A stretch of DNA of 64,000 nucleotides, from positions 60,078,001-60,142,000 of the forward strand of contig OZ296652.1 in the NCBI GenBank assembly GCA_965655095.1, read 5' to 3'. The position numbers and the translations under genes are program-made. This document shows positions 1 through 13,560 of the stretch, piece after piece. The notes beneath the pieces are model-generated. The model was not told where the DNA came from. It saw only the letters and a list, made by a program, of their open reading frames with translations, and did not search any database. Each line of letters starts with the position of its first letter. Position 1 is the stretch's first letter. The DNA comes from Haplodiscus bocki (taxonomy: Eukaryota).

Positions 1-3000
1 TTGTTTTTTCCAGATTCAAATCGTACTCTTCATGCACTAGGGAGAAAAGATTGAGGACGGTGTGCATTTTGACGTATAAACTCAGAGGCAGAAATTTTTT
101 ATTGTTAAGGCGATGTTTGCATTTAAGGTCTTTTCCCACTTCCAATTTTGTTGCTTTGACTTGTATCTTTTCGATTTCGTGCATCTATTCTTTGTTGATG
201 CCAAACTTTTGGCAGCAGTGAATCAAAATTTGTAATACATGACCTAGATATGAAAGGAGTTCTGCTTTCAAGAGACCTTTTGATGAAAAGTTTCGCTTCA
301 GCTGGAAAAATGCTTCCATTCCTTTCTTCACTGATTCGCTGCAGTTGTCATTCCAAAATAGGTTTGGGTTGATCCGTGAGTGAATGTCACGTTGAACACT
401 TGTGAGCTTTTTTTCATGACTGTTTATGTACGCAGTAGTTGATCTGTTGATCATGATTAATTTTCCCCTAGAATCGTTCATTGGCTCTTTTTTTTCTCAA
501 CACCAGTCTCCGTTGTATCTGACATTGCCGTTAAGTTTTTCACTATCTGGTGTTTTGCATTTGATGTCATATGCAAATCCAAAGCTTTGATTGTGTGGAA
601 TATGGTCCGGGAGGTTGTTGATGAATTTCATGAACAGTAAGGTCCCCAGAATGCTACCTGGCGAGACACCACTGCTGAAAACTAAGAGATGTGATATGCT
701 GTTCTTTGTGCTGACGAACAGTTTTTTGTGATTAACGCACCTGTGCGGTATTAGAAACGTTTTCCTTTAATCGCAAATTCATGAAAAATACCCCCAAGAG
801 GAGGCGATCAGATATCTTTGTCGGAAGCTCTGGTGAAATCTAAGTATAGTACTGTGAGGTTTTGAATTGTTGCACGTTGATGCTTTTGGCAGAGAGTGTG
901 AAGAAACGGTAGAAACAGAACAGTTGCTGAAAGTTCAGCTTAGGACCCAATATTGTTCTGAAAATAAATGGCTTCAACAGTGTTTGTACAGTAGGTTGAA
1001 GATAAATTGCTCAATCCTTTTCAAGAAAAAGCAAACTAAGCTTACGTTTGTTGCTTCTGTTTGATTTAGCAAAACCAGGGATTTGATATGCGAAAGGGTT
1101 GAGCAGAGTTTTTTAAAATGATTTTTCTCCGGCCAATTTGTTCATGTTTATGTTTTGGAATATCAAAAAAAATTTCGTGAAATCATTTTGAGGCTGCTGA
1201 TGGTTCTTTATTCAAGACTTGTATTGGTTGTTGTATTTTAGTTGTAGACCCTTCCGAAGATTTGGTTAGAGAACTGGATTTCCTTTTTGTCGATTTTGGT
1301 TTTCTTCAAGAAATGTGGCAGTTGGGAAAAAATTTGGTGATCTTCTCATTGTCTAAGTATTCTCGAATGCTTTTGAGATAACGACTTTGGAAGATGATTT
1401 TCGGAGATGATGAGAATATCATTGTGTGCTTCTCGAATTTGGTTTTCCAACCGATTGAGCTTTTAATTTTTCTGTAGGTTCGAACTTGTCCACAGTATCC
1501 TTTTGGTGTTGATTTTTCTATCAACTTGCAAGTCATTTTCGAAATCCACGATGTTGGGTTCGTTGGGAGTAGTGTTATAATATCTGATTTCTCATTTTGT
1601 AAAACGCTGCATAATAAAGCTTCGTGATGATGTTGACAAAACTGTAACAGTAGGGCTTGAAAGGAAGGGATTCGTGTTTATTTTTTTTGCAAAGGTTTTT
1701 TGTACGCTCGTGCGACAGGACTGGGCACAAACTCGTGGTTTTCGGAAGTTCTGATGAGTGTGCTGAATGGAAAAGGTCCGAGCATATTTGGTTACTCGTT
1801 GAAAAGGTTACGTGGAGGTCATCTTCAAGGTCACATCTGAACAATTCTTCTGAATTCCTTCTGAGAACGATATCAAACTGTTGCTTCAAGTGGTTTGGTA
1901 AATGTCGGTTAATGAGTAGTTGCACCAGCTCATTGCAAAATTGCAAGATCAACCCATCTTGCTTCACTCTGTTTCTAAAAGATTTTTTAACTCGAAGAAA
2001 ACGTTTTGATCGTTTGAGGTTTCAATATGGTCAGAAACATTTGTGAGAAAACTTTCAAAGCTGTTTTTGGGACCAGAAGTGGACGATTTCGGAAAGCGCG
2101 TTGCAACGACAGCAGAAAAACGTAGGAGCTGGTACTGTTGGCAGACTGACCGAAACAACGTCTCTGAAGTCTTTTCGTCGAGGTAGACTTGATCATGGTT
2201 GAGCTCAGATTTCACTGCAATTACCGCACCTCCGTGTTTGGTACAGTGATTTTTTGGTTCTTTATTTTTTCTGTACATCAAGAACATCGGCAGGAAGAGT
2301 GCATTTTTTGGAACATCCGAAGTCAGTCAGGTCTCAGATAAACATGCAAAGTCATAGTCATGTGCAGTCATTGCTGTGCTGCGCTGAACGTCTTTCTTTT
2401 TTTTTCGAGATTCGGGAGCCTCCCGACATTGAAAGCTAGCAGTTTCAGCGTCTCTTGTCCTTTGTTTTTAAATTCAGAAAACGGTTTTCCATGGCTGTTT
2501 TCCTAGTCATTCGCATTTGGTACCTTGGTTTGTTTCAACTTTCAGTTTTCGAATATGGACGTTTAATTCGCGTATTTGTGGGTCTTTATCAGGTATCGCC
2601 TTGTCTGAAGACCTTCATTCACGGTCTGTGCGTCCATCAAACAGGGTTCTGAACTCATGAAGATAGGTTGATCGTACTTTTTCAGTTGATAGGCTGATGT
2701 CAGTATCACATCTTTGATGATTAGATTTTCTACACATACAAGTATTGTCCGTGTGTCCATTCACTCTGCTCTGTACTTTCCAAGACGCTGATATTTGCTT
2801 ATAACTCTTTTTTAACCTTGAACAATCCGATATCTCCTGCATCGCTTTTTTGTCCGAGTGTATCCGTTCGTCAGTCATTACGTGTAGTTGACGCATTTTC
2901 AGTCGCGCCACGTACCTTGAATCCGTAAACTGGGAAACTTTGCGGCAAGAACTCATCGAATGTTCCTTTTAGGTTGAGCATTGCGGCTTGCTTCGGGGGA

Positions 3001-3330
3001 TTTAAGTTCCTTGAGACCATTTTAAACTGTTTTATTAATCTTGTTTGATTTATCTAGTCTTTGCATGAACTTTAACATTTGCTGCTCTGGTTCTTTCAAG
3101 CCGTTCTCATATTTGTGTTGTTCTCTCCAGTTTCTTGAGAGGGTTACAGTTCTTTGTTTCTGTCGGCTCAATTGTTGTGTATGAGAAGCATTTTTGTGTA
3201 GGTTTTGATAAGGACACCAATTCTAGTTTGATCCATCGCACTGCATCTGGGAGTTGAATTCGTTGTTTTACAGCAAAAAGTGCACTCAAACTTGGGTTTT
3301 TTTCTTTTTTTTGTTCTCAGGAATGATATT
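1..3330 (-). mobile_element. Degenerate non-LTR retrotransposon (LINE, CR1/L2/Jockey-like) with ORF1, APE endonuclease and RT; runs off the left edge
   Basis: Minus-strand translations. APE: LKLLAFNVGRL (~2418-2450), DYDFACLSET*L (~2322-2360), HGGAVIAVK (ORF 1964..2287). RT: LYLDFTRASDK (~816-850) and SGVSPGSILGTLLFMKFINNLPD...FAYDIK (~560-675), equivalent to GVPQGS/FADD. ORF 185..481 resembles the RT C-terminal region. ORF 2563..2760 (RTILV...AYQLKKYDQPIFMS) resembles the ORF1 C-terminal part. Many stops and frameshifts. Confidence 0.9.
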
Positions 3331-3577
3331 TTAACACCTTCTTGTTCATTTGAATTTAAATCGCTTGTTCAAGTTGTCCATGCTGTAACAGATTTTCACG
3401 TGGTATGTGTAAAACATAGAGGATTCAAGGTTGCTAGTCCTGAAGAACTAGGCCGCTCCACGATAATTTCCCAAAAGCTACCTGCAAAAAAGAGCTAACA
3501 ATTTGACGATGTGGCGTGGAAAAAAACTGCTAGCACTAATACACTACGCCGCTCCAAGACAAAAAAGACTCATAAAG

Positions 3578-4331
3578 CTACCCAATGAAAAGCGTTAACA
3601 AGTTGACAAGATGTTGTGGAAATTTCACCGGAGGTTGTTTCTTCCGTTTTCCACCTGGGCGTTTCTTTGATTTTCTGTTCGTTGACTTCGAACGTTTTAA
3701 CAGAACAAGTTTTCGTAGCTGTCTTCGACTGCGAACAATTGTTTCAACGAATCTTGCGTTATTTGTTATTTCGGGGTGCACTTCCAATATTTCGTGCTTT
3801 TTGGGTTTTGACTTTTGCTTTGGTCTTGATAACAGGTGTTCTTCACTACAAATAACAATTGTTTTCACTTTTCTGATAAGTCAGAAAAATGTCAGGTGTT
3901 CCGTTTCTGCTGCCGAATACAATGGCGCACAGGTTGGAAACAACCTGGTTTAATTGCCCCACAAGCTCATCAACTGTCAGCGCTATGAAGTTGTTGCTTT
4001 TGTGCTTCGTGAGTCAATTGTTGAGTGTATCGTGCCAAAGAATGACGTCTCTTCTTTGCTCCAGATGTCCAAATGCCAACAGAAGCTGCATGTTTTTCGT
4101 TCTGTCCTTGTGGTAGAAGCTCAGACCACATCTTGAGAAGTTATTTTTTCGGTAATTGGCTGTATTAGTTTTCGAGACCTTGCTTGGAAAAGATTTTTCG
4201 GCTCTCAAAAGTACGCCAGTATCAACGATGAAGATCATCGCCTCGCTGGCTCGTCCCTGAAACTGTTTAATAAGTTTCCTGAAATTGCTGAAAAGGAATT
4301 CAGCCTTGTCAGTATCAGACACTAATCCCAA
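3578..4331 (-). pseudogene. Disrupted ORF, possibly a divergent SGNH/GDSL-esterase-like retroelement ORF with a basic tail
   Basis: ORF 4014..4331 reads through one stop into WHDTLNN*LTKHKSNNFIALTVDELVGQLNQVVSNLCAIVFGSRNGTPDIF, then ORF 3578..3868 (K/R-rich end). The spacing of MIFIVDT, GLSF and VILWHDTLNN is reminiscent of SGNH blocks I-III. Confidence 0.35.
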
Positions 4332-5699
4332 TAATGGTTTAGTTATTATTCTTTTACATAATGTTCATGTCAAAAATCTGAAGGTAGTTTAAACGACGTG
4401 CGAAATTATGAATGAAAGTCTTAAACATGCGAAGAAGTGGTAAATTTAATCTGCAAATGTCACAAACCAACGAAACCACATTTCACTATCGGAACTCCCT
4501 CGATTTGTGACCATGGAGCTCAGATAAACTTTGCAAGTTTGCCGTAAAAATGCGCGCGGTGCTCAACAGTCGCGACTTCTCGACAGAGTCGGACATAGGA
4601 AGATAAGCAATTCCCTCAACGTGGTCTTTCTAACTGCAGAGCTGCTGCTTTTCAGTGACCGTTGGCTGTAACGAGCCAAATAAAATTGTCGTTTTCCGTC
4701 GTGAAAAATTTTTCGAAAAATTTCGTGAAAATATTCAACTCCTTGGGGCTTTTCCCTTTTCCTGAAACAGCACAAGAAGCGCAGAATTCATTTCTAACAG
4801 AGCAGAATCGTTGGTGCCCTGTATATCAAGTATTTGAGGTGTCACTGCGGTTAGATAGCCTACAGGTAGTTGAAGTGAATCCCTGTATCAGCCATTTTTT
4901 ACATGTTTTCAGATATTCGTCAATACATTCTTAAATTTATTGAAGAAAAAACAATTTTCCGATTAAATTATGGCTTTTTTTCTGATATGTGAAGTCATAT
5001 TTTCTCAAAACTTGATTATTTCCCGACCTAATCGAAACAAATTGTTCATTTTCAATTTTTAATTGTTAATTTGTCAGTTTTCACACTCACAATTCTCTTA
5101 AACTACCGGCTGGAATTCTTCCGTCAAAGTCTCCGCCATGGTACTTTTCCAATCAAAAATGGTTTTTTTGTGAAAGTCATTTGCCGTACCTTTGATCCAT
5201 CATTTCTGCGCCCCTTTGATGGAAAATATCGCAAAGCAACAGCGCTTTTTGTTAACTGTTTGACTGAAATATTCCACCTGTAAATTCAAAAATGTGATGT
5301 TAATCCCAGGGTTTGAACAAACACTGTAAAAGCGGCGCGTGCAAAGACACCTGCGATGGCCGCAGGTAAAGTGTTCCGCAGAAAAAAATTACCTGCAGAT
5401 GCAGGCAAAATCTCAGCAGGTAACGATTGCAGGTACATGAATACAGGAAGGAATGCGTTGCTTTTTGTAGGGGAACCTGTCCTTAAGAATTCGAAAATCT
5501 AGTGACCCAGAGGAGGACTGACCAAATAGTACTGAAGTATTTCAGCACGCAGTTCGTTACGTCCTTCAGAACTGAAGCAGCAAAAAACAGTTGAGGTGCT
5601 GTTTCGTTGTTAGGAAAAAAGAAGCCCAAATTCGAGGAAACAAAAATCTAAAGAAGAAAGACTGTAAAAAAAACCTTATTGGACTACACTAAAAGGTAA

Positions 5700-6560
5700 C
5701 CTGAACAAACATGAATCTGAAACTTGGTGAAGTAAAGGCACAATGAGGACTCATATCCGACGCACAACGAGGAGACCTACCACTCCGATGCAAATTTATA
5801 TCTTATGTCCGGCGTCTTCTGGTCAAGCTTTCCTGCGGTTAGTAATGATTCGACTCTATGGTTACTTCTGAAAACCAAACCGTCCGTTTGCCAAATTCCA
5901 ATGTTATGTGTCTCATGAAGCTCTACTCCGTTTATGGCAAGAGTTGTGTCCTGATAGGTGTTAGTGGACAATCTTATTAAACCTGCTCGTTGGTGGCCCT
6001 ACCTCTGACGAGAATGTGTTTCTGGCCTGCAAAGACTTTAAAAAAGTTGAGCTCCGCGAGATACATAAATATCTCCAAAACCTGGTGCTCATAAGTTTTC
6101 CTGACGTATATGGAGTAATTTGGATACAACTTCCCTGTAACTTTGCTGTGTTGGTGAAGATACTTGCATCTATCTTTGGGTTTAGTCTTTTTCATCTCTC
6201 AGGTTGACATTTTTCCGTATTGATTTACAACAAAAATGTTCAAAGGTGGACTCCACAGCTCATTTAACCACGAAAAGAATGACTTTGGAGCTTTTGGTTA
6301 AAAACATATCTCGTTGCATCATCTTCATGTCTGTATGGATTGAATGTTGCAAAAATTGCTTTAGTGTGGTACTGTTTTGATGACACCAAATGTTTTCGAT
6401 AATTAGTTTGATGGGTATTCAGTCCTGTTCTTTAATTTTGCCTGTAAGTTTTATCCATACAATTTTCTAAAGTCGACTGATGAGCTTCATCAATGCTATC
6501 CAAATTTACCTCCAATGTCAAGCCGTCTTTCTGTCTAGCTTGGTTGCAATTAGTGGTAAA
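5700..6560 (-). pseudogene. Highly degenerate LINE RT fragment nested in the CACTG element
   Basis: Minus-strand pieces VKFLPLIATK..., VFNQKLQSHSFRG, IFMYLAEL..KVFAGQK and TTLAINGVE occur in the expected RT order but are very diverged. Confidence 0.35.
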
Positions 6561-6725
6561 AATTTGACTCACCTGCATTACCAGCAAAAGCGGAAAATAT
6601 TACCAATTTTACCAGCAGAGCGACGCATCTAAAAGGACCCAGGATGCGCTTTACCTGTGGTATATGCAGATTACCGGCAAAAACAGGTGAAGGTACCTGC
6701 CTCTACAAGGCACGCACCTAACTTA

Positions 6726-7055
6726 AGTAGTAAGAGAGTGCGTCGATCAGGCGGGGTAGGTGGAAGACCCTCTTTGTTTTATGATAGAGTAAAGGCCCTG
6801 GGGCCCGACATGGATCCTGCACCCGTGTAGTAAGATAGGCTAAATTTTGGCAAGGTTTTAGGATAAGGCATAGCTTCGGCAAGATTTTAAGGTAAGCTAT
6901 AGTTCGGCAATGTATTAAGATAGAGGATCTGAGTCAATGTAATAAGATAGGGATTGTATGAAGATAGAGACCTGACTCAGTGTTCTAAGGTAGAGGCCGT
7001 CCGAGTTAAGCGAAGTCTTAAGATACGGAGGCGAATCTAGGTAGGGTTCAATTTT
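6726..7055 (+). repeat. Left terminal repeat (Polinton-like TIR) with 'cggcaatgtattaagatag'-type subterminal repeats
   Basis: AGTAG start, the atcaggcggggtaggtggaagaccc motif and repeated taagatag units. Mirrors 18716-19037. Confidence 0.8.
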
Positions 7056-7384
7056 GAGTTTTGTTTTTGGTTCCGTCAACGCATTAGGATCCTACAATTG
7101 TAATAAGAAAAACAAGTACGTTTCATAAGGTAAAAACATGGGCTCATAAGTGAACCAGTGGATAAACAATGAACTTCTTGGCCATCTTTTGGTACTGCAA
7201 CACGTACGTTGAGATAAAGTTGGATTTTTGGAAGTAAAAACACATTGTACACCGTCCTATTTTACGAACCGATAATTACCAATATCATTCCTAATCCATA
7301 CACTCGCATGAAACAATCAAAGTCACCTTATGCTAATTTAACTTAGAGGCATATCGTGTTGAAAATGTCTTTCGTGAAAGAAAC

Positions 7385-7412
7385 TGATTGATTGATTGAT
7401 TGATTGATTGAT
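7385..7412. repeat. (ATTG)6 microsatellite, mirrored as (CAAT)6 at 17970-17997
   Basis: Read directly; same copy number in both arms. Confidence 0.95.
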
Positions 7413-10400
7413 ACAATCCTAATCATACTGTCAGACTTATATGCCACGTAGTTCGTAGTTTTTCCTAGATTGCCCAATGTTTTTCATAGCTATTGCATTT
7501 TTAACTTGACTGACCATATAGATATTGGAACTCTTTTCAGTTGCTGCTCATGAAATAACAACAAGAACTTAACGCCAAGATTCAGAAAGACAATTAAGCA
7601 GTACTTCTGCCGCAAAGAGTCGGGAAGATTACAGAAGAAAGGTTTCATTGAACAACATTCAGCAACGGAGTCAGCAATACTGTAAAATACTGCTACAAAT
7701 TTGAGGAATTTGACAGATAAAGTAAGTTTTTACGCTCCGTTCGGGGTTGTGTACATAAATCAATGAATTTGAGGCCAGGCAATTATACTGAAAATTTTAG
7801 TATGAGAGTTTCAGTTTGATATTCAAAGAGCATAAAGACATCGTTTTCAAGTTTCGAGTTTGATGTATTTATATCTTAAGCTAAATAGCGCCGGATTGTT
7901 TCCAAATGAAAATGCAGTCAAGCTTCAACGGTCAATCGAGGAGACTAAAGAGGTATAGAGGGGCGAGTCCGGCAAGTTGTTGGGAAAATACGACAACGAA
8001 TACAATGAAGTGTTCCTGTTGAACCTGTCTTCATTTGCCGTCCAAATATGCTTCTTCATGTTTGTGTTCCACACTTTTCGTATGAAACGTTTTGGCTGTG
8101 ATTGACGGAAGGCATACCGATAACGAACGAGTAGCAAAATTTTCTGAGATGATGAAATGAGTTGTAAATTAAGCAAGTGGGCTGCAACAACGCAAAATTA
8201 ATAATGACTGTTCAGTTGCGGTAAGAAATTGCTAATATGCTATCACACTTCATGGAGATACCCTAAAAGGAAAAAAATTTTGAACATAAGCATCAAAAAT
8301 CGAAATACGTATGAATATCATAAAAAGGACGTCTGGCTCTCGTAAAATCAATCAAACTGTAATTATCAATCTCTCCTCTCAGCTTTGATACCAACAACAA
8401 GGCAAAGAAAACCTAATGAAAAAAGACCAATATTCGCGTGATGGCGATATTCTGTTTGACAAAAGCAGCCGAGTGGAAAAATAGGTGGAATAGGCGACAG
8501 ACTACGTACGAAAATCGACCAAGTAGAACAAATTCCCTTACGAAAAGGACCCATTGTCTAGGGGAAATTACTCGATTGGAATCTATCGATCTAATAAAAA
8601 GACAGCTTGTCTGAGATGATGATTTACGTTCATCAATTTTTTTTCATTTCGACTGTCAATCACCAGACCTCAATGAAAGGCAAACTTTGTTAAACAGATT
8701 GAAATATTGGTAAATATATTGAAAACTTACGATAACAAATTCAGAGAATGATGGACATAAACTGTTGCTCAACACAGAAAGAGCGAATTTACTGATCCCA
8801 TTGAAATCTACAAAAGTCAAACCACTGTGTTTTATTTTACAAAACTGAACAAATCAAGAAAAACCCTTTATCAAAATGTGAATTCTAATCAGTATTACAT
8901 ATTTCAAACCTCACACTCACACGTTTTGAAAAATTGATTTAAAATCTGACACTTTGTGGAACTTTTGACTGAAAACTTGACATTATAATAGTTTCCATTC
9001 AAAATCTGACCTTCTGCAAAGCTTTTAAATTAAAAACTGCCACCTTGAAAACTTTTTGAATGAAATTTGATTTGTCTTAAACTTTTTGAATCAAAAACTG
9101 ATTTTTATTTTTCTTTTCGGGTTCTCACTGAATAATAGATTCCGTTGCTAAGATACAGAAAAAACAACTTTTTGCACAAAACAAAGTGAAATAGACGCCT
9201 TTCTTTATTTTCGCTTCAAAGTTGGGAATCGTTTGTAACATAACAGCAGCAGTGTGATTGTTAAATGTATTTTTTGAACTAAGGACTCTTAAGAACAAAA
9301 TAGTGTTAAAAATTGTATCAAATACCAAAAAAGGAAACACTTGCCATATTTGAAATTCGTTGTGTCTCGGACCAAAAGTTAAATGTGGTCCATATAAAAT
9401 AGGTATGAATCAGTTAAAATTGTATAAAAGCAGCAACTTATTACTTTGAAAAAACATTCGTCAAAAGTCGTTCTCAGCAAGAGCAACCCGTTTCTCCCAG
9501 CTACCGACGTACCAGACCACTGGAGAAATTTCTGACGAAAACTTGCCTACAATGAGAATTCAGTGCTCAAACTTTGTCGGAATTGAATGAATTTTACCTT
9601 TTCAATAATGTAATGAACAACTATAGAAAAACGTAAGAGTTTCACTATTATCCTACAAGGCTATCAATTTGTTCCCTTTTGTGCCCAGAAGTTGATCTTT
9701 TATCGAATTATGGTCAAAATTTCAAGAAGACGGTTTCTTTCGATGACATGATGCACCTCATTGCTGAGGAGAGAATCGTACCCCATGTAGATTTTGATTT
9801 TGGTCTTATTTTCTATCCCGGAGCACCCTCAAAAATTAAAAAGATCACCCGAGAACAGAAAAATTTTTCCGGAACCTTTGAAAAACCCAAGTGCATCCCA
9901 AGTAACAAACTAACACAACTGTTCTGTTGAGGAGGAGCATACAACTTTTAGCTTTCTGAGCCTTTACAATTTACGGACATGGATCTAGCAGCTCTTATGT
10001 CATTCATCCGCACTATTGATAGGGACACTATGTCTACTCGGTAGGTATCCTAAAACATTAACTCACCAACCTAGAACAGACCTATATCCGATGTTCTCTT
10101 CATGGCGCCTGATGGAAAGCAACAGGAAGGGTTTGCGCGTCAGTTTTGCATTCTTTCACAAAGATCACTTACCGGACGGACGATTGAACAAAAGAGTTGC
10201 TACAAATGAAAAATTGAATGATCTTTGGAAGCCCCGAGCAAGGTATGGAGTACCACCTTTTGTGTTGAACTGTAGTCGTAGTTAACTGTAGCTATTTGAT
10301 TTTTTTGTTTGATTTATATTGTTTGTTGGTGCAATGTTTTTGTTGTGTTTGTTCAAAATTTAATTTTTTTTCGTATTCTTTGATGATTTTGATTTGGAAG

Positions 10401-11689
10401 TAACACCTCAACAACAACTACTAATTAAGATAACATTCCCATAAGCAGCCGAAGCCGCAACCTGTTTTGGTACATTGCAGACGTTCATCCTACCGAAAAC
10501 ATTGGTACAAACCATCCTCAGCTTCCACTCTCCGTAACCTACTTCAATGCTTGAACAAGTTGGTCCACTGCTTTATCATAACGCATGACTCTATCATAGG
10601 AAAGCTATTAAAACACACTACATACCTCTATACATTGCAAGTCCAATAGTCTCTTTTAAAATTTTGTTGAATACCCTTCCTTATCTAAGTATAATGATGT
10701 ACCATCTCAGATCAGATTGGCTGTCTGAATTTGTCTTATTACGCTAATCACCGTTTGGAGCCCCGAAATCAATCCCAACATATTTACTTGACAAAACTAA
10801 CCCACACCATACATCAAAACTTTACCGAAACGTACCCCATTTAATTAAATGGACGAAAACTTGGAAAACTGCACAATAATTAGGTTAAAGTTCTGACACG
10901 TTGTAAAACTTTCAATTCAGAATCTGAGACGTTGTAAATCACCTTCTCTGAAATTTTTTATTTTTAATTTGTTTTTTGAATTTTGACTAAACGATCTTTT
11001 TTACTTCCAACGTTAATAACAAGTTGTTGTAAACAGAAGAAGTAACAACAATGTCTAAATAGGATTTCGTCGCCAGATGTAAACCTAAAAGCTGCCCCAC
11101 ATCGATTCGCCCCTCAACCTGGAAAGAATAGCGTTACGACGACACAGGATTTTAACATTGACTAACGGCAAAAATCTGTGGAGTATAAAAAGCACTAAAT
11201 CTAGCAGATCAACAACGTTTCTTTAATTACACAACTGTGAAAACACACGAAAACGCACTTTAATTGAAAATCTATCCATTTTCTTCAATTTTTTTGCGTG
11301 AGTAACAAGCAAAACAGGAACGACGATGGATAGTAGCTGACACTACCACAGAATTTGCCTAAATTTGGGTGCGGGACGTTACTTACCACTGTCTTGACAC
11401 CTATCAAAACGGAAGATGCTTGATCGCAAATCGAGTTTAGGACATGTGTGGTTCGAATATTGGCTTAGGTAACCCATACACTCTGGACCTCATAATTCAT
11501 CTTCAACTCTTGCAAATTTCGATGAAAATCTACGTTTTTGAACAAGTGTACAACCTTCTCAGCTTCTAGGCTAACTCTTCGTTTTTTATTCCTAATACAT
11601 TGAAGGTGTCATGCAATCGGTTTCTGCCGAAAGTTTACCCCTTTCTCAAGTCAATGACTGGGTCACCCAAATCCATATCATACAATCTT

Positions 11690-12615
11690 ATATCACCGAA
11701 CTATACCTTGCCCTAAAGCAATAGTGGTGAGTATACCCACGTTTAAAACTTTGCTGAGGTATACCCTGACTTGTTGAAATGTTGAGCTTTACCGAACGCT
11801 ATTACAATGCTGCAGTATATTCTACCTTAATACTTTGTTGAGCCGTTGATAATTTTAGACCTGTGCTGAGTTGTATCTCGTTTTTTAAAATTGCTGAGCC
11901 ATACCCAATCCTAACACATTGTTGAGGTATACCCTAAATTTTTACCCTGCTGAGCTGTTCCCAATGGTACAACCTCGCCAAAGTAGATCCTGACCTATTA
12001 GGTTGTTTAGCTATTCTCAATCTTAAAACAAGGCTGTCGTATATATAGCTTATTACAATGCTGAGCTAATCCTATTCTTATAACTTTGCTGAGGTATATC
12101 TTGTCTTAATACATTGCTGAGCTATACGAAATCCTCACACATGGGTGAGGTTAACGCGACTTTATTACCTTGCTGAGCTATTGTGAATCTTAATACATTG
12201 GTGAGATATACCATATCTCAACACATTGATGAGGAACACCATTTCTTATTATCTTTTTGAGCTTTTCCCATTCCTAATACAGTGCCGAGATAAAACTTGA
12301 TTTTTTACGTTGCTCAGCTTTTGCCAATCTTGAAACTTTGTTGAGTTTAATCTTACCTTATTACATTGCCGAGCTTTTCCCTTTCCTTATACACTGGTGA
12401 GTTGTACCCATTCCTATCACAATCATGAGTTATACCCTGTTCTTTTAATTTTTAATGAGTTGTTGTCAATCTTAATTCTTTAAATCCACTCCAATTACAA
12501 TGCTCAGCTTTGGCCATTCCTGAGGCATTGATGACGTATACCTTGTCTTTTTAAAATGCTGAGATATACCTTATCTTAATACGTTGTCCAACTATGACCT
12601 ATAATATTACATTGA
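11690..12615 (-). repeat. Degenerate ~33-bp tandem array (ttgctgagctataccctatcttaatacat-like), left of the palindrome centre
   Basis: Recurrent ttgctgag/ttgttgag and cttaatacattg words at ~33-bp spacing. Same motif family as the TIR subterminal repeats. Confidence 0.85.
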
Positions 12616-12789
12616 TGTCGGTTTTTGCAAACGTTGTCGGCAGCCAATCAGACTCGAATTTTGCGTCACCTAATAGCACCCGAAAGCTCTCAGCTAGGGT
12701 GGATGTTCCTAGGATCTGAGATAAGTTTTACCGGATTGACTCAATAGTGAATTCTGATTGACTGCCGACAACGTTTCCCGAAAACCGAC

Positions 12790-13560
12790 AGCAATGTAGT
12801 ACGATGGGTGAGCCCTCAGCAATGTAGTAAAGCAGGTATTACCTCAGCAGTGTTTCATGATTGGCAATATCTGAGCATTGTAAAAAAGCAGAATATACCT
12901 CGACAATGTATTAAGATTGGGAACAGCTCAGAATGATAATGAGATAGGGTGAACCTAATCAATGTGTTGAGATTTGGTATATCTCACCAATGTATTAAGA
13001 TTGGGGATAGATCAGCAAGGTAATAAAGTAGCGTGTACCTCAGCCATGTGAGAGAATTGCGAATAGCCCAGCAATGTAGTAAAACAAGCTATACCTCAGC
13101 AAGGTTATAAGAATGAGATTAGCTCAGGAGTATAGTAAGCTAGGGCATACGACAGCAATGTTTTAAGATTACGAAAAACTGAACAACATAATAAGTCAGG
13201 ATCTACCTTGGCGAGGTGTTTGCATTGGGAACAACTCAGCAAAGTAATAAGTAAGGGTATACATCCGCATTGTGATGGGATTGGGATTTAGCTCCGCAAT
13301 ACAATGAAACATGAAATAACTCTGTAAATTTCTAAGAATATGAAGAGCTCAGCAGAGTAATAAAGTAGAGTATACTTCAGCAATGTAATAACGTTAAGTA
13401 TATAGCTCAACAATATAAGAGGAAAGCCATAAGTCAGCAGTGCATTACGATAGCGTATACTCGCCAGCGATGTTTAAAATCAGGGTGAACTTAAGCAAGG
13501 TGGAAATTTTTAGTATGTGTTTGGCTGCCCGAGGCAGTGCATTGAGATAGGGTTAAACTT
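12790..13560 (+). repeat. Degenerate ~33-bp tandem array (ctcagcaatgtattaagat-like), mirror of 11690-12615
   Basis: Recurrent ctcagcaatgt and caatgtattaagat words. Confidence 0.85.

Noticed and set aside
11690-13560. Possible CRISPR-like array
   Set aside because: Degenerate contiguous tandem units with no unique spacers, no cas genes and a eukaryotic context.
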